From IMG/VR virus record IMGVR_UViG_3300035670_000009, positions 128,001 to 192,000 of that record: DNA of 64,000 nt, one strand, 5' to 3'. Under the pieces are notes generated by a model that was given only the letters and a program-made list of their open reading frames with translations, searched no databases and was not told the origin of the DNA. Shown here in pieces: positions 11,101 to 20,785 of the stretch; the stretch's first letter is position 1, and each line of letters begins with the position of its first letter. This DNA comes from a virus. Its lineage: Duplodnaviria > Caudoviricetes. The translations under genes and the position numbers were made by a program.

Positions 11101-12240
11101 AACAAGCCGCATTTGCCGCATCGAATTCTCGACCTTGTTGGGATCTAGCCGGTCGATCGATCCCGCACTGAACTCGTCCAGCGCCTCGATGAGCGCCGAC
11201 ATGGGAGCGTCGCCAGCGCCGTTGTCGCCGAAGATCTCGCGTACAGCGTCCAGCGCGCCCATGTAATCTTTGGCGACCTTGCCAACGCGCTGGGCGTCAA
11301 CGTTGCGCGCTGACATGCCGTAACCGTCCATCTTTTCAATATCTTGGGGGCTGCGCGCGCGGGCGTCTCCTGCGTTAAACCGGTCGATCTCCTGAAAGGT
11401 GTTGTCAAGGCGCTTACGAAACTCCGGTTTGCGCGCTTCGAGCATCTTGGCCCGCTCTTCTGTCGTAGCGCTGGCGTAGTCCTCCTGTTTCAGCATCTCG
11501 CTGTGACCAAACTGCTCAGCCAGGCGGTTCATTGTTTTGTCGTCGCGCTGCGAAGCGGATATTGCGCGGACTCGTTCGGCGGGATTTAATTCGCCCAGAC
11601 TTTGCGGCAGCTGGCCGCGCTGAAATAAGTTTGTAAGCACCTCGCCAGTCTGCCCGGCCATAAAGCCGTGCATTTGGTCTATATCTGCTTCTTCCCCGTA
11701 CAGCGTCTGATACAGACCGCGAGAAAAGTCCGTCATCGATTCGGCGGTCATTCGAGTACCGCCCATCGTGTCTTTTCGAAAAAAGTTCATCTGGTTGGCC
11801 GCGTTTGCCAACGCTCCCGGGTCGCCCTGGCGCCCAAACATGAGGGCCTCCAGGTTCTCCGGCCCGACAGCCATTGCCGCGAGCGATTTGACGATGGGGT
11901 TGTTCGCGACCTGGGCGAACATGGCCGCCTGCTCGCGATTGAGATCTGTCGCTGGGGAGTCGGTTACCAGCGCCCGCAACCCGAGAAACCGCGAGGCTAC
12001 GGCGGCATTTCCCTGCTCATTGCTCGCTCCGGCCGCGGCGAGCTGGTCGCGCTGGTAGCGACTGGCAAGAAACTGGTCCGAAAGCGCCTGCGACGGGACC
12101 AGATGCGGAATGAAGTTTTGCGGGCCAGCCGCTTGTTGCAAAAGCGGCGACCCAAACATCATAAAGGTCAGCGCCATGGGGTCGTCCATGAGCGCCTGAT
12201 TCATGCCAGGAGAGTAATTGGGCGGCCGGAAACTGTTCAT
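8122..12240 (-). CDS. tail tape measure protein
   Basis: 1372 aa, Ala/Gln/Gly-rich helical, C-terminal Gly-rich hydrophobic segments; follows the chaperone pair. Confidence 0.75.
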   Translation of the reverse strand: MNSFRPPNYSPGMNQALMDDPMALTFMMFGSPLLQQAAGPQNFIPHLVPSQALSDQFLASRYQRDQLAAAGASNEQGNAAVASRFLGLRALVTDSPATDLNREQAAMFAQVANNPIVKSLAAMAVGPENLEALMFGRQGDPGALANAANQMNFFRKDTMGGTRMTAESMTDFSRGLYQTLYGEEADIDQMHGFMAGQTGEVLTNLFQRGQLPQSLGELNPAERVRAISASQRDDKTMNRLAEQFGHSEMLKQEDYASATTEERAKMLEARKPEFRKRLDNTFQEIDRFNAGDARARSPQDIEKMDGYGMSARNVDAQRVGKVAKDYMGALDAVREIFGDNGAGDAPMSALIEALDEFSAGSIDRLDPNKVENSMRQMRLVAQDAGMNLESIAMIGAHGTALGQMHGTPAHMQMAANMQTMQNVAAMQREGMFSRKLYGDMTEGEAIQETQERIYRGQKSEAGKSMAALNRMYQQNKEMYAGTELEAAMKAYNDPSSGGTYEFGGQQRNLAEIVAQSGRGGALGILQASGGNAQTFNSFYYDPATAEKYSSGLELEAQKREMQKHLGNQVIQGELIGRMTGDRFDALRNRGFMGIGAQSEEDFERERNDMAQALSRGFAQVIVEETGGMSSEDRAKHLEKRHVDMMAQYYESRGVPRRQARQRAEQASQAMFGETEGQRIESLSGIAAQSNAYVTSRTGQQLTAHDQINSSQERVRDDGVKYADRAEREKRVSMGQKSSFLQRSGEVLEKMGKDPNYSGAQAAKDLLNVQDINQMQNRYAPEMAAGIGAALDMYQGARNDTERTRAERILTGMYEGANDSARTEGVTALAEQAFGRGTGRDADMLRQYVAGASDVTAEQLSRRLPRRQREQMMAQADALRNAKRADLSGAGFSRAEAIATRSTPAEQVAEAVTTAPNTTRNQTAENELVGRMTGQEFDAFRALDVNNVNAQNETQSAAAESDETVNQRGASISNTAAQDIAAAVSAEQQPLAVSDTTSAVQQARTAVSAEQQPAARDIVSPARFSRTAVSINRAAAADQLHTIGAEGETAEAVNQATAFHRADARIDPESAAAFRTAMADEEAGGPRVGGAIDTAMFAVNTAASAASVYDSASTGLAALNGEDVNHGQFAASTAKTVLDTADNVATGAGMAARAASRVSGVSAAASFGSRAAATARFLAPVSKVAPFLSPLLGGVAGAFEGAENGRGAIEGGILGMLTGDASSGSMMSDLVGIEKGSDKDKAMGMLGAAGGGAMTGAAIGAAIGTPFFGVGAGIGAAAGAVIGGVAGLGAEAYKIFTEEDPAATAATQAVQQTVNTSQADRPPPQQAAEPGGGGKEISINGTLSLRGLQEAMLSATGNRPMETPEGGVPVFGT
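9205..9299. repeat. 26-bp perfect direct repeat (two copies 69 bp apart) within the tape measure gene
   Basis: tggttgctgctcggcagaaactgccg at 9205-9230 and 9274-9299, encoding AVSAEQQP twice. Confidence 0.9.
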
Positions 12241-12248
12241 GCGCGTAC

Positions 12249-12656
12249 CTATTTTTCAAGCGTTTCCTGTCGCCACCGTTCTTGTGCGCGCTTATAGCGG
12301 TCAATCAAGTTTCGTATTTCAGGCTTTATTGTATCTTTTTGTCCTTCAGCTTCGGGTCGCGATTGATCAATTGCGACCCACGGGTAAATCACTTTTTGCA
12401 GGTCAATAAGCGCGGTTTCCACGCGTTTTTTGACGTCCTCGTAGCTTTCTTCCGTCAAACGGCCGTGCGCAATAAATGCGAGCCAGTGCCGCTGTACAGC
12501 CTCAAACAGCTCTTCGTCATTCCTCCGCTGCATTTCTTTGATGACAAGGCGGTGGCGAATTCTCCAATAGATATCTTTGGGATCGGCTCGGGAGTAATCG
12601 ATCGCTCCCGATGCGGCGGCCCGCACCATTAAGGCCGCTAGGCGATCCCGTTCCAA
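12249..12656 (-). CDS. second tail assembly chaperone ORF (T-like), possibly translated by -1 frameshift
   Basis: 135 aa, TTG start without SD, overlaps the end of 12638..13618 in the -1 frame, precedes the tape measure gene. Confidence 0.55.
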   Translation of the reverse strand: MERDRLAALMVRAAASGAIDYSRADPKDIYWRIRHRLVIKEMQRRNDEELFEAVQRHWLAFIAHGRLTEESYEDVKKRVETALIDLQKVIYPWVAIDQSRPEAEGQKDTIKPEIRNLIDRYKRAQERWRQETLEK

Positions 12657-13618
12657 AAAGACGGTTCGAGCGCCATCGCTTCGAGGGCTTCTACCAGACG
12701 CTGAAACTGTCGGAGGTGCTGTCCGACAAGTCGCCTGGTAACCTCGTGAGCGAGAACTTTGGTGTTCACGTAATTCGTCAAAGTGACTATCGGGCTTTCT
12801 CCGTCAACCGCAGGAAGCTCGCCCAGCGCAGGAACAACCGCCGTCGGTTTACCGTTGGCGTCAACAATTGCCACAAGGCTTAACGCCATGCGGTATTCGA
12901 GCATCTGTACAAACCATTCTGCTTCCGTCACGATGCGCTTGGATTCCTGGTCTAAAACCAGCTGGCGGTGAATCATCTTGTTTTCATCTGCCAAAATGGT
13001 GTTAAACATTACCACCATCTTGCCGCCAAACATCGGATAGTCCCGCTTGAATTTCGTGCCTCCCAGCGCGGCTGCCAAGAAGTCTTCCTTGTCCAAATCG
13101 GTGGGTACGATTTCAAACCGTTGCCGCATGTCCCAGCCGCACCGCGGGCAAAAAGGCAACACTGCCATCGGCGTCGTGCCTGTGGTGTCTGCCGATGTTG
13201 CGGGCACCTCGGGCGGCGTGGCGCGTTCTTCTGGTCGCGGTTCTGTTGCCGCGTCCGTGACTGTGGCGCGATCGTCGATGATCTGCGGGGTCGCGTCGTC
13301 GTCCTTGAGCGTACGCAGTAATTGCTGCGCCGCCGGATTTAAGTGCTCCATCGCGGCGTCAGCCGCCCGCTGTTTTGCGGCAGCAGCGGCGGCGACTCGC
13401 GCAGCCGCCAACATTTGCTTGATTTCTTCGACAGTGGCGGGTGGCAGTGCGGCGACGTCAACTAGCACGTCCGTTCGCGGAGACGGCGGTAACGTCTCGC
13501 GCAACTTAACGAGCATCGGGCCCAGTTCGGCGGGAATTGCGTCGCCGTCTTTCCAGCCGAATTGGCCAAGTGTTTTCTTGGTGAATTCAGATACGTGCGG
13601 TGTATCGACCAGGTCCAT
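12638..13618 (-). CDS. tail assembly chaperone-like protein with a CPRCG motif
   Basis: 326 aa; position before the tape measure gene; ends ALEPSFW, like the hydrophobic-F-aromatic ends of many chaperones. Confidence 0.55.
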   Translation of the reverse strand: MDLVDTPHVSEFTKKTLGQFGWKDGDAIPAELGPMLVKLRETLPPSPRTDVLVDVAALPPATVEEIKQMLAAARVAAAAAAKQRAADAAMEHLNPAAQQLLRTLKDDDATPQIIDDRATVTDAATEPRPEERATPPEVPATSADTTGTTPMAVLPFCPRCGWDMRQRFEIVPTDLDKEDFLAAALGGTKFKRDYPMFGGKMVVMFNTILADENKMIHRQLVLDQESKRIVTEAEWFVQMLEYRMALSLVAIVDANGKPTAVVPALGELPAVDGESPIVTLTNYVNTKVLAHEVTRRLVGQHLRQFQRLVEALEAMALEPSFWNGIA

Positions 13619-13630
13619 GGGGCACTCCTT

Positions 13631-16519
13631 TTAAACCACGCCAACAATCGGATACGTACCGTTGATGATCTGTGGTTCGGGTTCTTTGAATTCCGGTTGC
13701 CGGTATTCGCCTGCCAAATCGCCGGAACCGCTGTTGCGCCGTTTATCGCGCAACCCGTCGCCAATTATTTCGACAATTTCGAAATCCTGCTCAGCGAAGG
13801 CTGGCTCTTCGTTCAGCCATTTCCTGCCTGGAAATGGAAACGTCTCTCCGGCAACCTTTGTTTCAACAGACTTTTCTGTCCAACGTTCAGGGATTTTGCC
13901 AGCCAACCGGGCCAACTGCTGCCAACGATCTTCGTAAAGCATGAAATCTGGAACGCGATATTGCTCGTCGTTACGGAAAGAAAATTCCATGATGTCGATC
14001 ACGCGCGCGTTGCCCGGTTGTTTGTCTTCATACCACAACCCTTCGAGGTATGTTTCGTCAACTGCGTCGCCGAGGTTTGGCAGTACGTCTTCAATGTACG
14101 CGCGTATTTTGTCAACGCCCTCGTCGACCTGCGCCTGGCACTTTCCGTCGCACGGCCCCACGAAAATGAAACCGTTGGCTGCTTCTTGCGTGAAAACGTG
14201 CCCTTCGCTGGCGAGCAAGTTGCCGCGCGCCAGTACGTTACCGTCGACCACCAAATCTTTGTTGCAGCCGAGCGGCCCGCAAACCAGCGTGAAATCTTTG
14301 CTGAAATAATTCGCTTTTTGCGTATCGTCGTCGGCGCTGGCGCGGAAAAAATGCGCGATCTGGCCGTTTTGGCCAATGTAATGAAAAAGCTGGTCGCTCT
14401 TCGTGACTAGGTCTGCCTCGCCTTTTCCGGCGTCGATCGTGATGTTGCCCGGTTCAATTGTTGAACCACCGCCGCCGGTGCGCAGATAGATTTGATGCGC
14501 CAGGCTCACCACATTCGAGTCTGGTGCGCGCAGCACTACGCCGCCAAAACGAATATCGTCGCCGACCTCTTCGAAGTCGTAATCCTGCACTTCGGAACGA
14601 CTCTCAATAAGCACGCCGCCCGGGCCGCCTTTATTGCCAGCCAGCACGAGCACGTCTTTCTCGCTTTTGATGCGCACGCTCTTTTCGGTCGTGGAGATGT
14701 CCACAGTGCCGTTCGAGCGAATAATGGCGTCGCCGCCGGACCAGATTTGAGAATGGCGGCCGCTTTTGATCCACACGTCGCCCGGCGCTGAGAGCGTAAG
14801 TATGCCGCCGCTCATTTTGATTTCAGCGCCATAACCGTCGCCGATAACCACGCTGCCGTCTTCCAGGATTGAGAGGAACGCCTCAGTTTCGTAGAAGTCT
14901 TGCGTGTTGTACCGGTGATCGACCTTAATCTTTTTTGGCTCGGGTTGTTCGAGGTACATCGACCCTTTGAGGCTCGTGTAGTCTGGCACCTTGAGGTTGT
15001 ACTCAGCGTACGGCAACTCGTCTTGTTCGTAAGTCTTGTAGTCCTTGTAATGCCAGTGGAACGGATGCAGTCCGGCGTAGTTAAAGAGGTAACCGTGCAG
15101 ATCTAGTACGGCGGTGGCGCGCTGCAAATTCGGGTGGTCGCCGCTGGTTTTGATGTCGCCGGTAATATCGTGGTCTGGCCCTGCGCCGAACTGTGACGCG
15201 GCCTTGTAATTCTTTTCAGCGTCATCGCCGTCGCCCGCCTCGATCCGTTTGAGGCGCACCTGCGTGGGCAACAACATTCTTTTGCTGATCGTGATTCCCT
15301 TAGCGCTGGCGATAAATCGGCGCCCGTCCAGCGCTACATTATCTTCGTGCAAACCAATTGGCGGCTTGCCCTCGATTTCGTACGCGGTGTCTTTATCCGG
15401 GCCGCTGTCGCAATTCGGCGCAGCGCCATCGCGGCTCTGGATATTGGAATCGTAAACGCTGCCCGGGCTGCCCGTAGCGCCCTTTTTGTACATCCACCGC
15501 TGTACGCCCTCCGGCGGCGCTTGCACGACAAATCGGCGGCCTTGCCCCAAATAGCCGTAGAATTCTTGCGCGCGGTGGTATGGCTGCTGATATTCGTGTT
15601 TGTTTTCCCAGTGCGCGTAATACGGTTTGCCGTCATAGCACTGATAACAGTTAGGCGGGTACTCCTGAATCATCTGGCCGCCCGGTTGGATCAGGCCAAA
15701 ATGTTCCCACGGATACGGCGAGTAGCCCTGGTAGTCGTTGTACTCACCCTGGTCCATAAACGCGTCGCGTTCGTGGCCTGCGGTCCACGTTTGAAAGTTG
15801 TAACCGCTGATGCGCAACAACGAGTCGTGGTAAAACCCAAACACGCCCGTGAACTCATTCACGGCCATTTGGACCATAAAGTCGTCAAGCGTGACTTTAA
15901 GGCCCGTGGTTGAAATCGCGCCCCATTCGCTGGCTAGCGTTGCGTCGAATGGGCGCCAGGCGCTCCAGTCAACTACCTGGCCCGAGAGCGGCTGCTTAAT
16001 GTACTTTTTGTGGCAGTCGTCAACGCGCTTGCGCGACGCTTGTGTAATGTAGTCGTGGTAAGCGCGCTTGCCGACATCGAGCACGCCAGGAACAGCGCCA
16101 AGAATGTAGCCGGTAGAAAGTTTGTCGTGGACCATTAGGACCACGGGAGTGCCGGGCGAAAAAGTGTTAAGCTCTGCCGCCCCGAAGCAGACTGCGCTGG
16201 TGTTGGTCACCGAGGCGGCAATAATCGGAGCGCGGCCTTTTTCAACCTGCACCCGATAGCAATTGGCAATCGCCGTGCCGTCGACGATCCAGCCAACACA
16301 AACACGCCCGGTGTCCTGAAACCCGGTCTTGAAGCCGACCAGGTTTATATTTGGATCCGCTACCGGCGTGAGCTGCCCGCCGTAAGCTGCCGTTCCCGTG
16401 CGGCTGCCAAACTGTGTGGCGTTTTGCAGCCGCCGGGCGGCCTGCGTCGGGTCGTACGTGTTGTTCGTGCCAGACTGGGGAGTAACCCCAACCGGCTTTC
16501 CGGGAGGCTGCGCGGTCAT
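13631..16519 (-). CDS. putative baseplate central spike (gp5/VgrG-like)
   Basis: 962 aa; N-terminal OB-fold-like segment (GTPVVLMV...GYILGAVP) and beta-helix-like repeats (GSVVIGDGYGAEIKMSGGILTLSAPGDVWIKSG). Confidence 0.55.
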   Translation of the reverse strand: MTAQPPGKPVGVTPQSGTNNTYDPTQAARRLQNATQFGSRTGTAAYGGQLTPVADPNINLVGFKTGFQDTGRVCVGWIVDGTAIANCYRVQVEKGRAPIIAASVTNTSAVCFGAAELNTFSPGTPVVLMVHDKLSTGYILGAVPGVLDVGKRAYHDYITQASRKRVDDCHKKYIKQPLSGQVVDWSAWRPFDATLASEWGAISTTGLKVTLDDFMVQMAVNEFTGVFGFYHDSLLRISGYNFQTWTAGHERDAFMDQGEYNDYQGYSPYPWEHFGLIQPGGQMIQEYPPNCYQCYDGKPYYAHWENKHEYQQPYHRAQEFYGYLGQGRRFVVQAPPEGVQRWMYKKGATGSPGSVYDSNIQSRDGAAPNCDSGPDKDTAYEIEGKPPIGLHEDNVALDGRRFIASAKGITISKRMLLPTQVRLKRIEAGDGDDAEKNYKAASQFGAGPDHDITGDIKTSGDHPNLQRATAVLDLHGYLFNYAGLHPFHWHYKDYKTYEQDELPYAEYNLKVPDYTSLKGSMYLEQPEPKKIKVDHRYNTQDFYETEAFLSILEDGSVVIGDGYGAEIKMSGGILTLSAPGDVWIKSGRHSQIWSGGDAIIRSNGTVDISTTEKSVRIKSEKDVLVLAGNKGGPGGVLIESRSEVQDYDFEEVGDDIRFGGVVLRAPDSNVVSLAHQIYLRTGGGGSTIEPGNITIDAGKGEADLVTKSDQLFHYIGQNGQIAHFFRASADDDTQKANYFSKDFTLVCGPLGCNKDLVVDGNVLARGNLLASEGHVFTQEAANGFIFVGPCDGKCQAQVDEGVDKIRAYIEDVLPNLGDAVDETYLEGLWYEDKQPGNARVIDIMEFSFRNDEQYRVPDFMLYEDRWQQLARLAGKIPERWTEKSVETKVAGETFPFPGRKWLNEEPAFAEQDFEIVEIIGDGLRDKRRNSGSGDLAGEYRQPEFKEPEPQIINGTYPIVGVV

Positions 16520-16576
16520 TGTCCACCAGTCACGGTGAGGTTGCGGGCCGAAGCCCCAGGCTTTCGCCTATTACCG

Positions 16577-16611
16577 TAAACGGCGGCTGCGCTTAGCGCA
16601 ACCGCCGTTTA
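16577..16611 (-). terminator. strong hairpin after the tail tube gene (terminator or mRNA-stabilising stem)
   Basis: TAAACGGCGGTTGCGC-TAA-GCGCAGCCGCCGTTTA, 16-bp stem with one G-U on the minus strand; no long U tract. Confidence 0.55.
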
Positions 16612-16641
16612 TTCGGCATCAGATTGTCTCGCGCGCGCCGA

Positions 16642-17112
16642 TCACTTGTAGTAGAGATCGATGAACACAAAACTCATGTTTTCACTGATCACAACGCCTT
16701 CAGCGGTGACGGATCCGCCAAGCTCGTTGAGCGTGGCGTCAACGCACGTGTAGTTAACGCCGCCGCCGATGACATTCTGCCCGCACGGCTTCTGGCGGGC
16801 GTCAATCTCCAAGTTACGCGGGTTGCAGATGTTGCCGAAAGCCTGGGCCATATCCTTGAAAGACTCTCTACCGCCCACGACGCGGCGGAACTGGGCCGTG
16901 CCCGAGCGCCGGTTACCGACGTAGTAAACGGCTGGAGAGCCGATTTCGTACAGAATGCTCACCTGACGCGCGCAGCGCCACTGAGCTTCCTGTACCAGAA
17001 GACCCTCAAGGTTTCTATTGCCGGTCCACGAAAGAACCACGTCCTCGGCGCGAAAAGTACCGGCGTGATACTGATCCGCGCCGCCAATGGGCGTGAAAAC
17101 GCTACCTGCCAT
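16642..17112 (-). CDS. tail tube protein
   Basis: 156 aa directly after the sheath gene; RQVSILYEIGSPAVYYVGNRRSGT tube-like pattern. Confidence 0.7.
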   Translation of the reverse strand: MAGSVFTPIGGADQYHAGTFRAEDVVLSWTGNRNLEGLLVQEAQWRCARQVSILYEIGSPAVYYVGNRRSGTAQFRRVVGGRESFKDMAQAFGNICNPRNLEIDARQKPCGQNVIGGGVNYTCVDATLNELGGSVTAEGVVISENMSFVFIDLYYK

Positions 17113-17130
17113 GTGTGATTTCTCCTAAGC

Positions 17131-19965
17131 TCAGACGACCAAATGAAGCTCAATGTTATTGAGCGGGGCCGGAACAACCAGGTCGAGAACGATCTCGATC
17201 CGATCGCGCAGCAGCGGATGAATCCGCAAAATGCGGATCGTGCCGTCGATCAGCTGCGAGCCCAGCTCAATGGTATTACCGTTGGTTTTGAAGAAGTCGA
17301 TGATCTTCGTGACCTCGTAATCCAGCTGGCGCACCATCGACGGAGTCGCATTGGTCCGGCCGATGTACGGACGGAGCCGACGGAGGAACAGGTAGGAAAT
17401 CGAGTCCACGTTGCGGCGGATCATCTCTTCCCGACGATTCAGGTCGAGATTGTCCGTCGTCAACGCGTGCCGCGTGTGCGGCGTGCCGTCACGGTCCTCC
17501 GTCACGATCCACACTCCTGCCTCGGCCATCCGATTCAGCTGCGTTTCGTTGAAGTACTTGTAACTACGCGTGAAATCGTCGAAACCGGCAACCTCGACGT
17601 TCGTGAGTCCCTGCTGCGGGACCACGCCCGACGCAAGACCCGCGAGCGCCGCGGCGAGGTAATAACCCGCCATAAGCGTGCCTGCTTCGCCCACCTGGTC
17701 CGGCCACACTGCGGCGACGCGGCGGTTCGAAAACGCACCGGCCCGCGTTGCGATGTCATCAGCGATCTCGTTGCGGTTGAGATTGTGATGCACCTCGACC
17801 CGCTGCGCGATAGACACAGGAGCGTCGGCGCCCGAGTAAAGCAGCAGCGAATTTTCAGAAAGCACCGCGTCTACAACGAACTCCTGATACTGTTCCTCGC
17901 CGAAACCGTCCACCGTGTACAGGTAACGTACGAGGTCGCCCGGCTGCACTTCGTTCGTAACGAAGTAGCCGCTTCCCTCGGACACCTGCAGCAGCGTGTA
18001 CTGCGTATTGGTGGCGTTCGGATCGTCGCTCAAGGTCGCCAGCACCGGCTCGGGCATTGTGAGTCCGGCCACGCCGGTGATTGCCGCGCCTTCGCCAACC
18101 AGGAGCTTGCTGGTCACCGCCTGCAAGGCGAAGAAACCAGCCTTCCAGTTGTTGGCGTACTCGTTCGACTCACCGTTGATATGCGCGGCGTACAGGTTGT
18201 GAACGCGAACGTCAAACGTCATCGGGACGAGGTTATACATGTCGTCCCGGCCCTTGATGCGCTCAAGAACCTGAACCCAGCTATCAAGATCCGTCGGCTC
18301 AAGAACCGCTGTGTACTTCACCACGGTTCCGTTGCTGTTGGAAAGCGCCTTGTAGACGCCCCACTTCAGCGGGTTGTCCGGGTGAAGCTGACCCGCAATC
18401 TTGTCCAGCTCGGCCACGCTCTGCACGCTGTTGACCTCGTCGGTCAGATCGCTAAGCCACTCGCGGTACTCGACGTAAAGCGTACCGCCACGAACGTCGA
18501 GCGGCTGTTCAACGCCGTTATCGGTCCATTCGGGATGGTAGGCGACGATGCCCTCGTGCACACAGATCTGCGTTGCTTCCTGCGCGTAGTTCTTCAACGG
18601 CGCAAAACCGATGCGGTTCTCAGACACCTGAATGTTGTCTTTGATGAACAGCCGCAGCTCGATGTCAGAAGCCGACGCAATTTCAAGCGGAAGATCGTCG
18701 CGAAGGATCAGCCGCCGAACAGGTCCGGCCTGGCTCGATTCCGCATTGATGTACCACTTGTCGCCCTTACGCAGCCCAGGAACCGGATCACCGGCATCTG
18801 CACCGTGGAAAGTGATCGTCACACCGTGCGAACCGATAGCCACCGCCACGTTGTGATCAACGACTTCGGTCGGGCCCGAATAGTCGAGACCCTTCACAGT
18901 GCGAACGGTGATCTCGGGAAAACCGGTCGGGCTGCTCTCGTCGAACAGGCCGCCCTTGGTGCACTCGACGATGTAGACGTCGTTCTTGTCGCCGTCGTAG
19001 CCGTCGCCGCCCGAGGTCGCTTCGACCTTGGTGAACTCCTGCTCCACGACTACGCGCCACTTCTGGCCGGTCACTAGCGCGTCCGGCGCGACGTTATCGT
19101 CGTCCGCCGCCACTGAGCAAGCGCTCGACGGATCGTAATCGAATGTCACCGTAAGCCCGCGGGTACCGATCGCCGTCGGCGTGCCCCAGTCTTCGGGCGT
19201 AACCTCAGCCACGTCGTCGTTGCCACTCGCCGAGCGGACGCGCAGCCGAGCAGCCGCGCAACCAACGACTGAGCTCTTGATAACCTCGATTGTGTACTCT
19301 TCTTCGATGTCGCCATCGACGAGGCCGTCGTACTCAGAAGCGTCGACCGAGGCCACGATGCAGTTATCGGGCCCCGCGATCTTCGTGAGCGTAGCGCTCG
19401 TCGACCCAACGGCATCCTGATTGTCCTGATCAGCCGCGGCCTCTTCGATCTGCGACGCGACCAGCTCGCTGGCGAAACCGGTGACAGTTGTCCACAGTTC
19501 CTTTTCCTCGCAGCTCTCGCTGTCGACTGCGCGAAGATAAACCACGTCGCCGCGCTGAACATCGCGATCGTTGAAGACCGAGCTGCGCGGATAGGCCACG
19601 CCATTGCTCTTGAACGCCAAGTCGCTCGACTGAATCCAGTTCGTGCGACCGCTGACCGCGGTGATCGTGGTCGACGTGTCGCCGAGCATGTGCTCGTAGA
19701 AGAGCAGCAACGCGTCGTCGATGTACAGCTTGGTGTACGACTCGTCGACGTTCGAACCCGGCAAACGACGCGGCCATGCGTAGCAGGCGTCGTTCAGATA
19801 GTCGTACGCGCCCAGACGGCAATCTCGTTTTTCGTCCGCGTCGTTGTAGCGATGGAGCATCGCGTGCGGGCCGGAGATATGAGCGCGCAGCGGCTCCGTG
19901 ATCTCCGTCGGGATGATCTGGAATTCCTGGAAAACGAGAACTTGTGGTTTAACGTAGCTCGACAT
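17131..19965 (-). CDS. contractile tail sheath protein
   Basis: 944 aa; N-terminal YVKPQVLVFQEF; C-terminal sheath domain (AAALAGL...QGLTN...LNRMAEAGV...IRRNVDSI...LRPYIG). Confidence 0.85.
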   Translation of the reverse strand: MSSYVKPQVLVFQEFQIIPTEITEPLRAHISGPHAMLHRYNDADEKRDCRLGAYDYLNDACYAWPRRLPGSNVDESYTKLYIDDALLLFYEHMLGDTSTTITAVSGRTNWIQSSDLAFKSNGVAYPRSSVFNDRDVQRGDVVYLRAVDSESCEEKELWTTVTGFASELVASQIEEAAADQDNQDAVGSTSATLTKIAGPDNCIVASVDASEYDGLVDGDIEEEYTIEVIKSSVVGCAAARLRVRSASGNDDVAEVTPEDWGTPTAIGTRGLTVTFDYDPSSACSVAADDDNVAPDALVTGQKWRVVVEQEFTKVEATSGGDGYDGDKNDVYIVECTKGGLFDESSPTGFPEITVRTVKGLDYSGPTEVVDHNVAVAIGSHGVTITFHGADAGDPVPGLRKGDKWYINAESSQAGPVRRLILRDDLPLEIASASDIELRLFIKDNIQVSENRIGFAPLKNYAQEATQICVHEGIVAYHPEWTDNGVEQPLDVRGGTLYVEYREWLSDLTDEVNSVQSVAELDKIAGQLHPDNPLKWGVYKALSNSNGTVVKYTAVLEPTDLDSWVQVLERIKGRDDMYNLVPMTFDVRVHNLYAAHINGESNEYANNWKAGFFALQAVTSKLLVGEGAAITGVAGLTMPEPVLATLSDDPNATNTQYTLLQVSEGSGYFVTNEVQPGDLVRYLYTVDGFGEEQYQEFVVDAVLSENSLLLYSGADAPVSIAQRVEVHHNLNRNEIADDIATRAGAFSNRRVAAVWPDQVGEAGTLMAGYYLAAALAGLASGVVPQQGLTNVEVAGFDDFTRSYKYFNETQLNRMAEAGVWIVTEDRDGTPHTRHALTTDNLDLNRREEMIRRNVDSISYLFLRRLRPYIGRTNATPSMVRQLDYEVTKIIDFFKTNGNTIELGSQLIDGTIRILRIHPLLRDRIEIVLDLVVPAPLNNIELHLVV

Positions 19966-20013
19966 GCGTCAGGCCTCCATGCCTAAATGTCGTGATGGAC
20001 GTGGCTGCGAGTT

Positions 20014-20019
20014 AGTATA
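20014..20019 (-). promoter_or_regulatory. candidate -10 element TATACT upstream of the sheath gene
   Basis: gcTATACTaac in the 19966-20071 gap, downstream of a hairpin and T8 run; no clear -35. Confidence 0.35.
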
Positions 20020-20071
20020 GCGCACCCCAGCGCAACAAAAAAATCCGTTTCACGACGATGTGAAAAGTCCC

Positions 20072-20785
20072 TTAATACGACAACAGGTCGGTCGCCTTAA
20101 AGACAATCCGCTTGAGGCGCGGCGCATACGGCTGGAGCGTCCAGGCTTCCTCGGCCATGTATGCCACTGTTACAGGTACGGCGTAGCCCTGCAACGCTTC
20201 TTGAACTTCGCCAACCCCGCCAACTTCGCTGACAAAAAACTGGTGAAGGTTCATTTGTTCGCGAATCCAGGGTCCGAAGTTGTGCAAAAATTTAACGGTC
20301 TCCGTTGCGAGAAACTCTGTTTCAGCGCCCGCGGGAGCCAGGCAAAACAGCGTGTGGCTGCCTTCCCAAAAACCCACGTATGAAGTCGCCCCCTCGTATA
20401 CGTTTGTGAACAACTTGTCGCCAATTCCCTGCCGCATCCAGCGCCAACCATTTCTTTTTATCAAAATAGCCGGGCGCTTGTCGGCCGTTGCTGGCTGCCA
20501 GCGTGTGATACTTTCTATCAAAATACCGCCCGCGTTTAAACCGTTGTCGCTCGGCCGCCACATGCCGATTTCTGCAAGCTGCCGCCGGACGCGCGGTTCT
20601 TCAATATTGTTCGGATCGGAGAAATGGGCCAGCAAAAGCTGCCGCAACAGCCCCGTCATAACATGCGGCCGCATGCCATACGAGCAAAGCGAAGAAACCT
20701 TATCGACGCGGTTTTCCGGCTGGCTTCCCGCGGGAAACTGCTCTTCGACCTCCGGCGGATTCGGCGAGTTGTTGCAGTCGCTCAA
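20072..20785 (-). CDS. putative tail completion/terminator protein
   Basis: 237 aa between the neck and sheath genes; TTG start with AAGGA SD; synteny. Confidence 0.5.
   Translation of the reverse strand: MSDCNNSPNPPEVEEQFPAGSQPENRVDKVSSLCSYGMRPHVMTGLLRQLLLAHFSDPNNIEEPRVRRQLAEIGMWRPSDNGLNAGGILIESITRWQPATADKRPAILIKRNGWRWMRQGIGDKLFTNVYEGATSYVGFWEGSHTLFCLAPAGAETEFLATETVKFLHNFGPWIREQMNLHQFFVSEVGGVGEVQEALQGYAVPVTVAYMAEEAWTLQPYAPRLKRIVFKATDLLSY

Noticed and set aside
17143-19077. 644-aa plus-strand ORF (also 41633..43219, 25185..26249, 36551..37585 and similar)
   Set aside because: These are antisense shadows of GC3-rich minus-strand genes with recognisable motifs; the translations have no protein-like features.
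1-20785. Tailocin or extracellular contractile injection system
   Set aside because: Capsid, scaffold, protease and neck genes are contiguous with the tail genes, which indicates a complete phage.
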